Below are positions 13,565-22,728 of a stretch of DNA of 64,000 nucleotides, in pieces. This stretch comes from Pseudomonadota bacterium (GTDB lineage: Bacteria > Pseudomonadota > Alphaproteobacteria > MPNO01 > UBA830): positions 5,289 to 69,288 of the forward strand of contig JAYZFO010000006.1 of assembly GCA_036336685.1 (NCBI GenBank), given 5' to 3'. Position numbers and translations under genes: made by a program. How positions within the stretch are numbered: the first letter of the stretch is position 1; each line of letters begins with the position of its first letter. The notes under the pieces are model-generated. The model had not been told where the DNA came from. It ran no database searches and was given only the letters and a program-made list of their open reading frames with translations.

Positions 13565-13800
13565 ATTAACTCTAACCTTGTGGGTTCTCTGGCGCAACGG
13601 CTGGATACCCTGATCCCGCTAAAAAATTGAGTTTTTATAAAATTTTTAGGGTTGACAGTTTGGAAACGTTAATAACCTGTGGACGAACAGGGATATTCAG
13701 AGACAATCCGGTTCGGGGTTAACTCCGACACAAGCAAAAGCGAGTTGAGACGGTACAAATTGATAAAAAGTGAAGCGCAGCTAGCGCGTAATGCGTCTTC

Positions 13801-14061
13801 TTATATCGCCTTAATACGCTGGGACAACCGCGACAGCTTCCGAGTGGCAGTATTTTTTTTAAAAACTCCACGGCTTACGCTGCGCATTAATTCAGGCTGT
13901 GCCGCCCGGAAGGCACTGTTTGCTGCATCCTTGTCGCTATTTTCGATTGCAGTTTCTACTTTTTTAAGAAACGTTCGCACTCGATTTCGCCGGCTCGCAT
14001 TTATAACCGATTTTCGGCCATCACGCCTTACCCGCTTTTTAGCAGATGTTGTATTTGCCAT
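13801..14061 (-). CDS. rpsT: 30S ribosomal protein S20
   Basis: [14 protein letters not shown]... a highly basic ~86 aa protein. Real start is internal to the listed ORF. Confidence 0.9.
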   Translation of the reverse strand: MANTTSAKKRVRRDGRKSVINASRRNRVRTFLKKVETAIENSDKDAANSAFRAAQPELMRSVSRGVFKKNTATRKLSRLSQRIKAI

Positions 14062-14130
14062 GGACTTCCCTCTGAAGCGGCCGATGGTTGTAGGCCACAA
14101 CTTACCCCTCGTCAAGGAGTTAGAGCTAAT

Positions 14131-14514
14131 TTAGCGATTTTTTATTGGCACTATATGAAGATAAATTGATACCTTACCCGAGGCCTGATGAAAACGGAGC
14201 TTTAACGTTTCCGAATTCCGACGATAAATTCCTTTTTGAATAAAATTCCAGCCTAACGGCGGTAATGACTTCGTATAAAACCGTCTGATAACAGATATTT
14301 TTTCTTCACCACTTGCAACGGCTACTACAATTCGCCCGGATGAACTCTGGAAAAACAAGCTCCCTGGATCCACTTCCTCCATTCCGGGCGCTATAGGCAA
14401 ATCCTCAATTTGACTAAAAAAGTTTTGGCTTGAAGCAGGTAAAGACAAGATTAATCCGACAAACACGATCCCAATACAAAGTTTTCTTTCATAAAATGTC
14501 TGCATATTATGCAT
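14131..14514 (-). CDS. Hypothetical secreted protein (signal peptide)
   Basis: N-terminal hydrophobic segment LCIGIVFVGLILSLPASSQ; no recognisable domain; starts 3 nt after the mutM stop. Confidence 0.45.
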   Translation of the reverse strand: MHNMQTFYERKLCIGIVFVGLILSLPASSQNFFSQIEDLPIAPGMEEVDPGSLFFQSSSGRIVVAVASGEEKISVIRRFYTKSLPPLGWNFIQKGIYRRNSETLKLRFHQASGKVSIYLHIVPIKNR

Positions 14515-14516
14515 AC

Positions 14517-15380
14517 CTATCTTTGGCAGTTTGGACAGTAGAACGTAGAACGCCCAGATTGCCTTATTGATGCTATAGACCTACCACAATCGGATTTCGG
14601 ACAGGGATGGCCCTCACGACCGTAAACGCTGAAGAAATGTTGAAAATAGCCCAAGTCGCCGCTTGGTGATACGTGATCATTTATCGAAGAACCACCGGCG
14701 TCTATCGCTTTTAACAAAACATCTCGGATGGATTTAGCTAATTTGTTTGCTCGCTTACCTTGCACATTACTCGCTATTCGGCGCGGCGATATTCCCGCCA
14801 GGAATAGCGCCTCACAAGCGTATATATTTCCAATACCCGCCACAACCCTCTGGTCTAATAGGGCTGCCTTAATAGAGGTTTTTTTTCTCCGCAAAGCACT
14901 AGCGAGAACTGCACCTGTAAAGTCGTGATTGATGGGTTCCGGCCCGAGATCGCGGATTAGTTGATGGTTTTTGAAACCAGCTTGATCCGTTAAAACCATC
15001 AATCCAAAGCGACGTGGGTCATAAAATCCGACAGTAGCGCCGTTTTCCAGGTAAAAAACGATGTGTTCGTGTTTTTTAGTTAAATACGCGGAATTTGACA
15101 ATTCAGCCGTTTGATTATATCCGCGATCAATATCTATTAATATCCGACCAGACATACCCAAGTGTGCGAGCAAAATGGTGCCATTATCGAATTCGCCCAC
15201 AAGATATTTGGCCCGACGTCCTAGTTTCTTAAGTGTCCTGCCCTCTAGGGACGGAGCAAAGTCATCAGAAACAGCAACACGTAGATCGTTTCGTCGAACC
15301 TCGATGCGTTCGATGGCGAATCCCTCCATTATAGGTGCAAGTCCGCGACGAACAGTCTCTACTTCGGGTAGTTCTGGCAT
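14517..15380 (-). CDS. mutM: Formamidopyrimidine-DNA glycosylase
   Basis: N-terminal MPELPEVE; C-terminal zinc finger CPNCQR; H2TH region. Confidence 0.9.
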   Translation of the reverse strand: MPELPEVETVRRGLAPIMEGFAIERIEVRRNDLRVAVSDDFAPSLEGRTLKKLGRRAKYLVGEFDNGTILLAHLGMSGRILIDIDRGYNQTAELSNSAYLTKKHEHIVFYLENGATVGFYDPRRFGLMVLTDQAGFKNHQLIRDLGPEPINHDFTGAVLASALRRKKTSIKAALLDQRVVAGIGNIYACEALFLAGISPRRIASNVQGKRANKLAKSIRDVLLKAIDAGGSSINDHVSPSGDLGYFQHFFSVYGREGHPCPKSDCGRSIASIRQSGRSTFYCPNCQR

Positions 15381-15426
15381 AAATACAAGGTAGCCGTTAG
15401 TTACGACCCACGCTATCTTCAATTAG

Positions 15427-16197
15427 ATGAAGTATGAAAAAAAACTCCCCGAAAATAATTTAAACCAAATTACAAATTTTGGCTTTCGCCGGGTTGAACC
15501 CGAGGAGCATAAAAAACTTGTTCATAACGTATTTGACACTGTTGCTGGGCGTTATAACGTTATGAACGACTTGATGTCAGGGGGGGTACATCGGGTGTGG
15601 AAAGGCATGGTGCTCGATCGAATTGCCCCACGAATAACACAAACCCTTCTCGATGTTGCTGGAGGAACAGGCGATATTGCCAACGGGTTTCTCAAACGTG
15701 GCGGTGGAGATGCCATAGTATACGATATAAACGAACAAATGCTTTTAAGAGGATTAAATAAAAACTTAGATCACGCAAATCTAAATGGTCCCCTAATAGC
15801 TTGTGGCGACGCAGCGTTGATACCAATCCGAACAGGGTCTATAGACGCATGCACTATCGTTTTCGGCCTCCGCAATGTGACCGACCGTGAAGCGACACTT
15901 AAAGAACTATACCGTGTTTTAAAGATAGGTGGGCATTTCATCTGCTTAGAATTTAGTCCCTCGGTGATAGGCCCGCTTAAGAGGATATACGACGCTTATT
16001 CCTTTAAAGTGATACCCTGGCTAGGTCACAAAGTTGCGGGTGATAGCGAGGCATATCAATATCTGGCTGAAAGCATCCGACGTTTCCCTACGCCGAAAGA
16101 ACTAACAAAAGAGATGCTAGCAGCAGGTTTTAAAAATATTACAGAAACACCTGTTACCGGCGGTATTGTTTGCATGCACTCCGGTTGGCGCGTGTAA
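15427..16197 (+). CDS. ubiE: Ubiquinone/menaquinone biosynthesis C-methyltransferase UbiE
   Basis: SAM motif LDVAGGTGDIA; family-typical N-terminal FGFRRV. Confidence 0.9.
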   Translation: MKYEKKLPENNLNQITNFGFRRVEPEEHKKLVHNVFDTVAGRYNVMNDLMSGGVHRVWKGMVLDRIAPRITQTLLDVAGGTGDIANGFLKRGGGDAIVYDINEQMLLRGLNKNLDHANLNGPLIACGDAALIPIRTGSIDACTIVFGLRNVTDREATLKELYRVLKIGGHFICLEFSPSVIGPLKRIYDAYSFKVIPWLGHKVAGDSEAYQYLAESIRRFPTPKELTKEMLAAGFKNITETPVTGGIVCMHSGWRV

Positions 16198-16200
16198 AGG

Positions 16201-17733
16201 ATGTTATCCTTTCTGCACCATATTCGGAGGCTTATTTTCGTTATTAGAACTCTATCGCAGCACGATTCTTTGTTTCCACTTAATAAGATTGGGATGCCGC
16301 GTTGTTTTAATCCATTTATTCGCATTTGCTTCGTAGCAATTCCTAATAAAGAAATAAGGCAAAAGCGAGAGGGGGAGCGATTAACACTAGCATTAACTGC
16401 CTTGGGTCCTGCTTTCATAAAACTAGGACAAGCTTTATCCGTTCGCCCTGATCTAATAGGAGAACGAATGGCAGGTGATCTCTCCAAACTACAGGACAAT
16501 CTTCCACCCTTTAACGGTAGAGATGCTAAATACGCAATCCAAAAAGAGTTCGGTCAATCTGTGGAAGAATTATTCAGGGCTTTTAATGAAAACGCTATAG
16601 CCGCGGCATCCATCGCACAGGTCCACCGTGCTACTACAAACCAGGGTATGGAGGTCGCTGTTAAAATTTTACGACCTAATATCGAGAAAGCGTTTGCTAT
16701 GGATCTAGAACTAGCGCTCTGGCTAGCGGGTCAAATTGAGCGCTACAGACCGGAGACACGACGTCTACGCCCCCTTCGAGCTATTGAAACAATTATCCGA
16801 TCGGTTGAGATAGAGATGGATTTGCGCTTTGAGGGTGCTGCTGCCGATGAACTAAGGGCAAACTTACATGAAGAGTCCTGGTTCAATGTGCCAGTTGTTG
16901 ACTGGAGTCGAACCGGCCGAAGAGTCCTTACAACGGCTTGGATTGAAGGTAAATCCATTAATGAAATCAGGACAAAGGATGTTTCTGGCCGGAACCCATC
17001 TATGATTTTAGCCACGTTAGCCAAAGTATTTTTCCTACAAGTATTTCGAGATGGGTTTTTCCACGCTGATTTACATCCGGGCAATATTATCATTGACGTT
17101 AAAGGCGAAATACACGTAGTAGATTTTGGTATAATGGGGCGGTTAGATCGTCAAACTAGGCAATATCTCGCCGAAATGCTATACGGTTTTCTTTCGGCAG
17201 ACTACAAACTGGTCGCAGATGTGCATATCCGTGCGGGTTATGTTCCAAAAGATCAATCCGCCGAAGAATTTGCACAGGCTGCTAGGTCAATTGCAGAACC
17301 GATACTTGGATTACCATTGGGCGAAATCTCGCTAGCGCGTTTACTAGGCCAACTTTTCACCATAACGGAAAAATTTAAAATGCAGGCTCAGCCGCAATTA
17401 TTTCTGTTACAGAAAACAATGTTGGTGGCCGAAGGAGTTGGCCGCAAATTGCACCCCGAAGTTAATCTTTGGGAATTGGCCAAACCTATGATTCGCGAAT
17501 GGATGGAACACAATATGGGACCTGAGGCTCGAATCAGAGCCACGACCGAAAACCTTCTGGACGGATTTGCACAATTACCCGTTTTAATATCATGCATGGA
17601 GGAAACCGTTACCGAACGCAAGATGTTTAGTGGTGGCCATCAGTTCGATTCAATAGTGAGAGAAAAACGGCAGTTTCGTAGGTTATGGTTCGCCGTTATA
17701 GCACTTACTATAGTGGTAATTTCGTTTATTTGA
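16201..17733 (+). CDS. ubiB: Ubiquinone biosynthesis protein kinase-like UbiB (ABC1 family)
   Basis: ALGPAFIKLGQALSVRPDL; ABC1 kinase-like core; C-terminal TM helices; follows ubiE. Confidence 0.9.
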   Translation: MLSFLHHIRRLIFVIRTLSQHDSLFPLNKIGMPRCFNPFIRICFVAIPNKEIRQKREGERLTLALTALGPAFIKLGQALSVRPDLIGERMAGDLSKLQDNLPPFNGRDAKYAIQKEFGQSVEELFRAFNENAIAAASIAQVHRATTNQGMEVAVKILRPNIEKAFAMDLELALWLAGQIERYRPETRRLRPLRAIETIIRSVEIEMDLRFEGAAADELRANLHEESWFNVPVVDWSRTGRRVLTTAWIEGKSINEIRTKDVSGRNPSMILATLAKVFFLQVFRDGFFHADLHPGNIIIDVKGEIHVVDFGIMGRLDRQTRQYLAEMLYGFLSADYKLVADVHIRAGYVPKDQSAEEFAQAARSIAEPILGLPLGEISLARLLGQLFTITEKFKMQAQPQLFLLQKTMLVAEGVGRKLHPEVNLWELAKPMIREWMEHNMGPEARIRATTENLLDGFAQLPVLISCMEETVTERKMFSGGHQFDSIVREKRQFRRLWFAVIALTIVVISFI

Positions 17734-17807
17734 GTGAAGACTGCTTATTGCAAAAGTACCATAGAATCACTAGGTTGCCAGCCTTTCACAATTAGTCTGA
17801 GCGTGAA

Positions 17808-19028
17808 ATGCTCGATGATAAACGTATATTACTAATAATTTCTGGTGGTATTGCAGCATATAAAAGCCTTGAGCTTATAAGACGTGTGCGAGAACACGGC
17901 GGTAAAGTCCGATGCGTATTAACGAGTGCTGCCGCGAATTTCATTACTCCCATGTCTGTTGCAACACTTAGTGAAGACCGGGTGTACGGTGAGTTGTTTT
18001 CGTTAACTGCAGAATCAGAGATTGGTCATATCAAGTTGTCGCGCGATGCAGACCTTGTCGTCGTTGCTCCAGCCACAGCTAATATTCTTGCTAAAATGGC
18101 ACACGGCATAGCTGACGATCTTGCAACAACACTCCTTTTAGCAACGGATAAAGATGTTTTAGTTGCCCCGGCGATGAATGTACGTATGTGGCAACACGCA
18201 GCCACCCAGGAAAACGTTGCAACCCTTAAAACACGTAACATTATTTTTTCTGGTCCCGCAGAAGGAAAGATGGCCTGCGGGGAATATGGACTAGGCAAAA
18301 TGATAGAGCCACAACAAATCTATCAAGAAATATCGCACTATTTTTCAATGCCCGGCCCTCTAGCCGGTCGACGGGCCATTGTAACAAGCGGACCAACTTA
18401 TGAAGCAATTGATCCGGTCCGTTATATAGGCAATAGGTCTTCGGGAAAGCAAGGCCATGCAATTGCTGCGGCACTTTCGGGAATGGGGGCGGATACTGTT
18501 TTGATCACTGGACCTACGAACCAAATAGATCCATATGGAGTGGAAACCGTTCGCATAGAATCGGCTTTAGAACTGCATGCCGCTGTATTGAGTTATTTAC
18601 CGGCCGACATTGCCGTTTGCGCAGCGGCCGTCGCTGATTGGCGAATAGCGAACGCGACAGATAGAAAGATAAAAAAAACGAGCCATTCAAAACCGCCCCA
18701 ACTAAAGTTGATAGAAAACCCAGACGTCTTGCACGAACTTTCAGCTGTAGGTGAAAAACGGCCAAAATTAATAGTCGGTTTTGCTGCAGAAACGGAACAG
18801 ATTGTAAAAAATGCTAAAAAAAAGCGAGAAAATAAGGGATGCGACTGGATTATCGCTAACAATGTATCTCCATCGTCGGGAACATTCGGTGGCGATAGTA
18901 ATGTAATACACCTCTTAACCGAGACCGGGACGGAAGATTGGCCAGAAATGGATAAAACGGAAATCGCCAACCGCTTGGCTAAACGCATAGCGGACCACTT
19001 TCGTAATATATCTCAAGCGATGGAGTAA
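17808..19028 (+). CDS. coaBC: Bifunctional phosphopantothenoylcysteine decarboxylase / phosphopantothenate-cysteine ligase
   Basis: N-terminal flavoprotein domain (ILLIISGGIAAYK) plus C-terminal CoaB domain; 406 aa. Confidence 0.9.
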   Translation: MLDDKRILLIISGGIAAYKSLELIRRVREHGGKVRCVLTSAAANFITPMSVATLSEDRVYGELFSLTAESEIGHIKLSRDADLVVVAPATANILAKMAHGIADDLATTLLLATDKDVLVAPAMNVRMWQHAATQENVATLKTRNIIFSGPAEGKMACGEYGLGKMIEPQQIYQEISHYFSMPGPLAGRRAIVTSGPTYEAIDPVRYIGNRSSGKQGHAIAAALSGMGADTVLITGPTNQIDPYGVETVRIESALELHAAVLSYLPADIAVCAAAVADWRIANATDRKIKKTSHSKPPQLKLIENPDVLHELSAVGEKRPKLIVGFAAETEQIVKNAKKKRENKGCDWIIANNVSPSSGTFGGDSNVIHLLTETGTEDWPEMDKTEIANRLAKRIADHFRNISQAME

Positions 19029-19221
19029 TGTGTTGAAAACTCGTTGTTATATGACTCTAGTAGTCTGATATACTCTCTTCAAAGGCAACGCAGCATTAGT
19101 TACAATCACCATTAATTGGGTTAACACTCAAACCCCGTAGAAAATATTACCCGCTATAAAACTTTTACAAAATTTGTGCGTGTAGCCCTAAAGAATCATA
19201 GTCGAAAGCCCGGAGAAGGGT

Positions 19222-20016
19222 ATGGACTTTACCGAAGAACAGATACAGCGCTATGCGCGACATATCGTATTGCCGGAGATAGGCGGCGTCGGTCAGAAAA
19301 CACTGCTTGGCTCACGGGTTCTTGTTATTGGTGCAGGAGGCCTGGGCACGCCCCTTTTAATGTATCTTGCAGCAGCGGGGGTGGGTACCCTGGGAATTAT
19401 GGATGACGATATCGTCGAACTATCTAATTTACAACGGCAAGTAATTCATAAAACCAGCTCTATCGGCATATCGAAAGTTGAAAGCGCCGCCAATGCAATC
19501 TCTGAAATCAACCCCGACCTTAAAGTGATCCGCCATTGCGAACGTTTAACAAGATCTAACGTTAGCGAACTCATCGAAGGGTATGATTTAGTTGCAGATG
19601 GAAGCGATAATTTTGAGACGCGTTTTTTAGTCAACGACGCGTGCCATTTTGCTCAAAAGACCCTTGTATCTGCCGCTGTTCTGCAGTTCGAGGGACAAGT
19701 GTCGACATTCCGTTCGGGGCTTATTGAGGGTGCCCCCTGTTACCGTTGTTTATATGATAAACCACCAAGGGCAGGCCTAGTTCCAAGTTGCGCAGAAGGT
19801 GGCGTTCTGGGAGCCCTTGCCGGAACCATCGGATCGCTGCAAGCGGTAGAGGTGCTTAAGGAACTAATAGGTATTGGGGATAGTCTTTCGGGATTCCTAT
19901 TGATTTATGATGCCCTTACAGCCGAAGTTAGAAAATTAGTACTGCCACGGAACTCCGATTGTTCCTTGTGCGGCAATATACCAAAACTCTTTAGTCTCAC
20001 CGATGAAGTATCATAG
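19222..20016 (+). CDS. MoeB/ThiF family E1-like adenylyltransferase
   Basis: Gly-rich nucleotide loop VLVIGAGGLGTPLLMYLAAAGVG; zinc motif CYRCLY...PSCAEGGV; 264 aa; no fused rhodanese domain. Confidence 0.8.
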   Translation: MDFTEEQIQRYARHIVLPEIGGVGQKTLLGSRVLVIGAGGLGTPLLMYLAAAGVGTLGIMDDDIVELSNLQRQVIHKTSSIGISKVESAANAISEINPDLKVIRHCERLTRSNVSELIEGYDLVADGSDNFETRFLVNDACHFAQKTLVSAAVLQFEGQVSTFRSGLIEGAPCYRCLYDKPPRAGLVPSCAEGGVLGALAGTIGSLQAVEVLKELIGIGDSLSGFLLIYDALTAEVRKLVLPRNSDCSLCGNIPKLFSLTDEVS

Positions 20017-20399
20017 TGTCTTCGCCCCAGAAATTCTACTTTATCATTCAGTCAGACAACTATGATAAGGTGCACTCTGCTCTCGTCATAGCAAGTGCCG
20101 CTTTGGCTATCGGTAGGTCAGTCACCCTTTTTTTTACAATGTCAGGAACACGCATTCTGACGCCTGGATGGGTAAATAAAGGGCAGGAAGAGATATTTAA
20201 AAAGAAAGGGTTAGCTACATTTGAAACCCTTCTCGATGCGTGCAATAAAATGGACGCCTCCATAATGGTTTGCCAAATGGGTTTGCTTTCAGTCGACCTC
20301 ACGCATCAAGATTTACGTAAGGACATAAAAATTATTGAAGGTAGTGCCGTGACTTTTTTATCTGATTTAGAGATCAACGGAGCTCTGCTCTGCATCTAG
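20016..20399 (+). CDS. DsrE/TusD-like sulfur-relay family protein (putative)
   Basis: GTG start overlapping the moeB stop (TAGTG). KFYFIIQSDNYD...ALVIASAALAIGRSVTLFF...MVCQMGL pattern resembles the DsrE/TusD fold. No database check was possible. Confidence 0.45.
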   Translation: MSSPQKFYFIIQSDNYDKVHSALVIASAALAIGRSVTLFFTMSGTRILTPGWVNKGQEEIFKKKGLATFETLLDACNKMDASIMVCQMGLLSVDLTHQDLRKDIKIIEGSAVTFLSDLEINGALLCI

Positions 20400-20402
20400 T
20401 GA

Positions 20403-21401
20403 CTAAGATTCCTCTTTAGATAAAGCTTCACACACCCTATCAGGCGGGTTTTGATGGTTTAAGAAGCTCTGTATGTTTTCGATTACTTTATCACCCATTG
20501 CCAACCGGCCTTGAAACGTTGCCGATCCTAAATGTGGCGCAAGAACAACATTCTCTAGTTTAAGCAATTCATTCTCGACCCTTGGTTCGTGCTCATACAC
20601 GTCTAGCCCCGCACCTGCGATAACACCCGTGATAAGTAATTTGGCTAAAACTTTCTCGTCAACAATTTCGCCTCGCGCAGTATTTATCAAAAACGCATGC
20701 GGTTGCAGTAATCTCAGGCGGGCTTCATCCAACAAATGATGGGTTTCCTGTGTATATGGGCAGTTGACAGACACATAATCCATCCGCGAAAGCATATCGT
20801 TTAAACCCTTCCAATATTGGGCTCTGAGTTTTGTTTCGACCGTGAAATCAACACGATTGCGATTGTGATAGTGAACTTCAATACCGAAGTTCTGAACCCG
20901 GTGGGCAACTGCTTGTCCTATCCGACCCATGCCGATAATACCTAATTTCTTCCCAGAGAATCTATGACCTATCATTGAGGTGGGTGCCCACCCTCGCCAT
21001 TCTCCCGAGCGAAGCAACCTCTCCCCCTCTGTCAGACGACGGGGTGCGGCTAACAGTAAACAGACCGTCAAATCTGCTGTATCATCAGTTAAAACACCAG
21101 GTGTGTTCGTCACAAGAATGTTCCGGTCAAAAGCTGCCGCTAAATCGATATGGTTCACACCGACACCAAAATTTGCAATTAGTTTTACAGTTTCGGGCAA
21201 ACGACGAATTAGGCGTGCGTTGATGCTATCCGTAACAGTTGGCACTAGAATATCGGCACCCTCTGTCGAATTTATTATATCATTTTCGGACATTGGATTA
21301 TCACTGATGTTAAAGCGAGTATCAAAGTGTCTCTTCAGATACATTTCTGTTTCAGAAAGAAGCTTGCGAGTGATAACAATTACAGGTTTTCGAGTTTCCA
21401 T
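20403..21401 (-). CDS. D-isomer-specific 2-hydroxyacid dehydrogenase (glyoxylate/hydroxypyruvate reductase-like)
   Basis: NAD-binding GIIGMGRIGQAVAHR; catalytic R...E...H pattern; 332 aa. Confidence 0.85.
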   Translation of the reverse strand: METRKPVIVITRKLLSETEMYLKRHFDTRFNISDNPMSENDIINSTEGADILVPTVTDSINARLIRRLPETVKLIANFGVGVNHIDLAAAFDRNILVTNTPGVLTDDTADLTVCLLLAAPRRLTEGERLLRSGEWRGWAPTSMIGHRFSGKKLGIIGMGRIGQAVAHRVQNFGIEVHYHNRNRVDFTVETKLRAQYWKGLNDMLSRMDYVSVNCPYTQETHHLLDEARLRLLQPHAFLINTARGEIVDEKVLAKLLITGVIAGAGLDVYEHEPRVENELLKLENVVLAPHLGSATFQGRLAMGDKVIENIQSFLNHQNPPDRVCEALSKEES

Positions 21402-21519
21402 AAATACACGTCTCCCTTTTTAACTTCTTTGGCCTATAAGATTCGGCTCAGTTGTCTATAAAATGTTATCGTGTGTTAACGAATGTGGTGGAAAACATTC
21501 TTAGTGTTATAATTTTTAG

Positions 21520-22044
21520 ATGTCGCAAATTAAAAAAATTAAAATTATTGGATTAGTTACTTTTATCCTCTGCGTAGCCGCGTCGGGAAGCGAAAACATT
21601 TATATACCAAGCTCAGCGGTCGCTGCAGAAACCGGCCTACCCCTTCCTCGTTTTGTGTCATTGCGAGCTAATAAAGTTAACATGCGAACCGGACCCGGAA
21701 AACGGTATCCTGTGAATTGGATGTTTGTCCACCACGGATTGCCTGTAGAAATCGTTGCTGAGTTTGAAGATTGGCGGAGGGTTCGGGACTGGCAGGGTAC
21801 AGAAGGTTGGGTGCACCGGTCAATGCTATCAGGAACACGGACTGTTGTGGTTAGAGGGGGACTTCAACCGTTAAGACGGGATCCTAATCTTAACGCGCAA
21901 ATGACGGCACGCGTAATGGAAAAAGTTGTGGGTCGAGTACTAAAATGTGAAAAAAATTGGTGTCGAATTACTATTGGAAAAAAGAGAGGATGGATACGAT
22001 ACCCCCATATTTGGGGAGTATATCCAGAAGAAAAAATCAATTAA
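21520..22044 (+). CDS. Secreted bacterial SH3-domain protein
   Basis: Signal peptide; two SH3b-like segments (RTGPGKRYPVNWMFVHHGLPVEIV... and QPLRRDPNLNAQMTARV...). Confidence 0.65.
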   Translation: MSQIKKIKIIGLVTFILCVAASGSENIYIPSSAVAAETGLPLPRFVSLRANKVNMRTGPGKRYPVNWMFVHHGLPVEIVAEFEDWRRVRDWQGTEGWVHRSMLSGTRTVVVRGGLQPLRRDPNLNAQMTARVMEKVVGRVLKCEKNWCRITIGKKRGWIRYPHIWGVYPEEKIN

Positions 22045-22101
22045 AACAATAGTCTTTATTGATTTTTCTGAAGCTCCAGTTTCCGATAAGACCCAAGTTC
22101 A

Positions 22102-22728
22102 TCAGTCAAAGTCATCCCTCAGAGCTTTACGAACGGCCCCTGGCATCCCCGCACTGTGAGTATAATATTCGTGTCTGAAACCCACAACGATATCGGCGTT
22201 GGAACTACGGAAAGTCTTTATTTGTTTGTTCGAAAAAGGAAAATGAATGAAATGAACAGACGATGCCTTACCATCCGAATTGGTCCTATCTAAATCAATC
22301 TCTGGTATTCCATTTATTAATTCACCCTGAACGCATATAAACGCGGTATTTTCTATCCCGCCGAGAACCCCGAGTATTTTTGCTCGCTTTACCGGCTCAC
22401 CTATTTCAAGCATTACGGTGGCGATAAGCTCTCGTCCTTGAGGTATCAGTGGGTTATAGGCAGCTAACTCCTCTGGTATCTGGGCTTCTCCTCCCCGCTC
22501 TATATGGAGCATCTCATGGACTTGAAACCACATCGTCTCATAATTTTCAAAATAAAACATCGCATGTGGACCAACTTCCATTCGACGGTTCTTTTTAATA
22601 GCCGATAACGAAATCTGACTTTCTTTTCGGCCCGCAGCATACTTTTTATAAGGTAGGATGTGATCGAACGTTAGCTTCTTTAAATTCTCCATGCGTTTAC
22701 TGTTTGCCCCTTCTATAAGAATTGGCAA
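22102..22728 (-). CDS. DUF3501-like protein (uncharacterised)
   Basis: 208 aa, no cofactor motifs. Its start overlaps the end of the upstream Fe-S gene. Family assignment is from memory of sequences of this type and is unverified. Confidence 0.4.
   Translation of the reverse strand: MPILIEGANSKRMENLKKLTFDHILPYKKYAAGRKESQISLSAIKKNRRMEVGPHAMFYFENYETMWFQVHEMLHIERGGEAQIPEELAAYNPLIPQGRELIATVMLEIGEPVKRAKILGVLGGIENTAFICVQGELINGIPEIDLDRTNSDGKASSVHFIHFPFSNKQIKTFRSSNADIVVGFRHEYYTHSAGMPGAVRKALRDDFD

Noticed and set aside
13679-14134. 151-aa + strand ORF
   Set aside because: It is antisense to rpsT and has no motif. rpsT is clearly the real gene.
16056-16499. 147-aa minus-strand ORF
   Set aside because: It overlaps the ubiE/ubiB junction antisense to both and has no domain.
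20980-21423. 147-aa + strand ORF
   Set aside because: It is antisense to the 2-hydroxyacid dehydrogenase gene.
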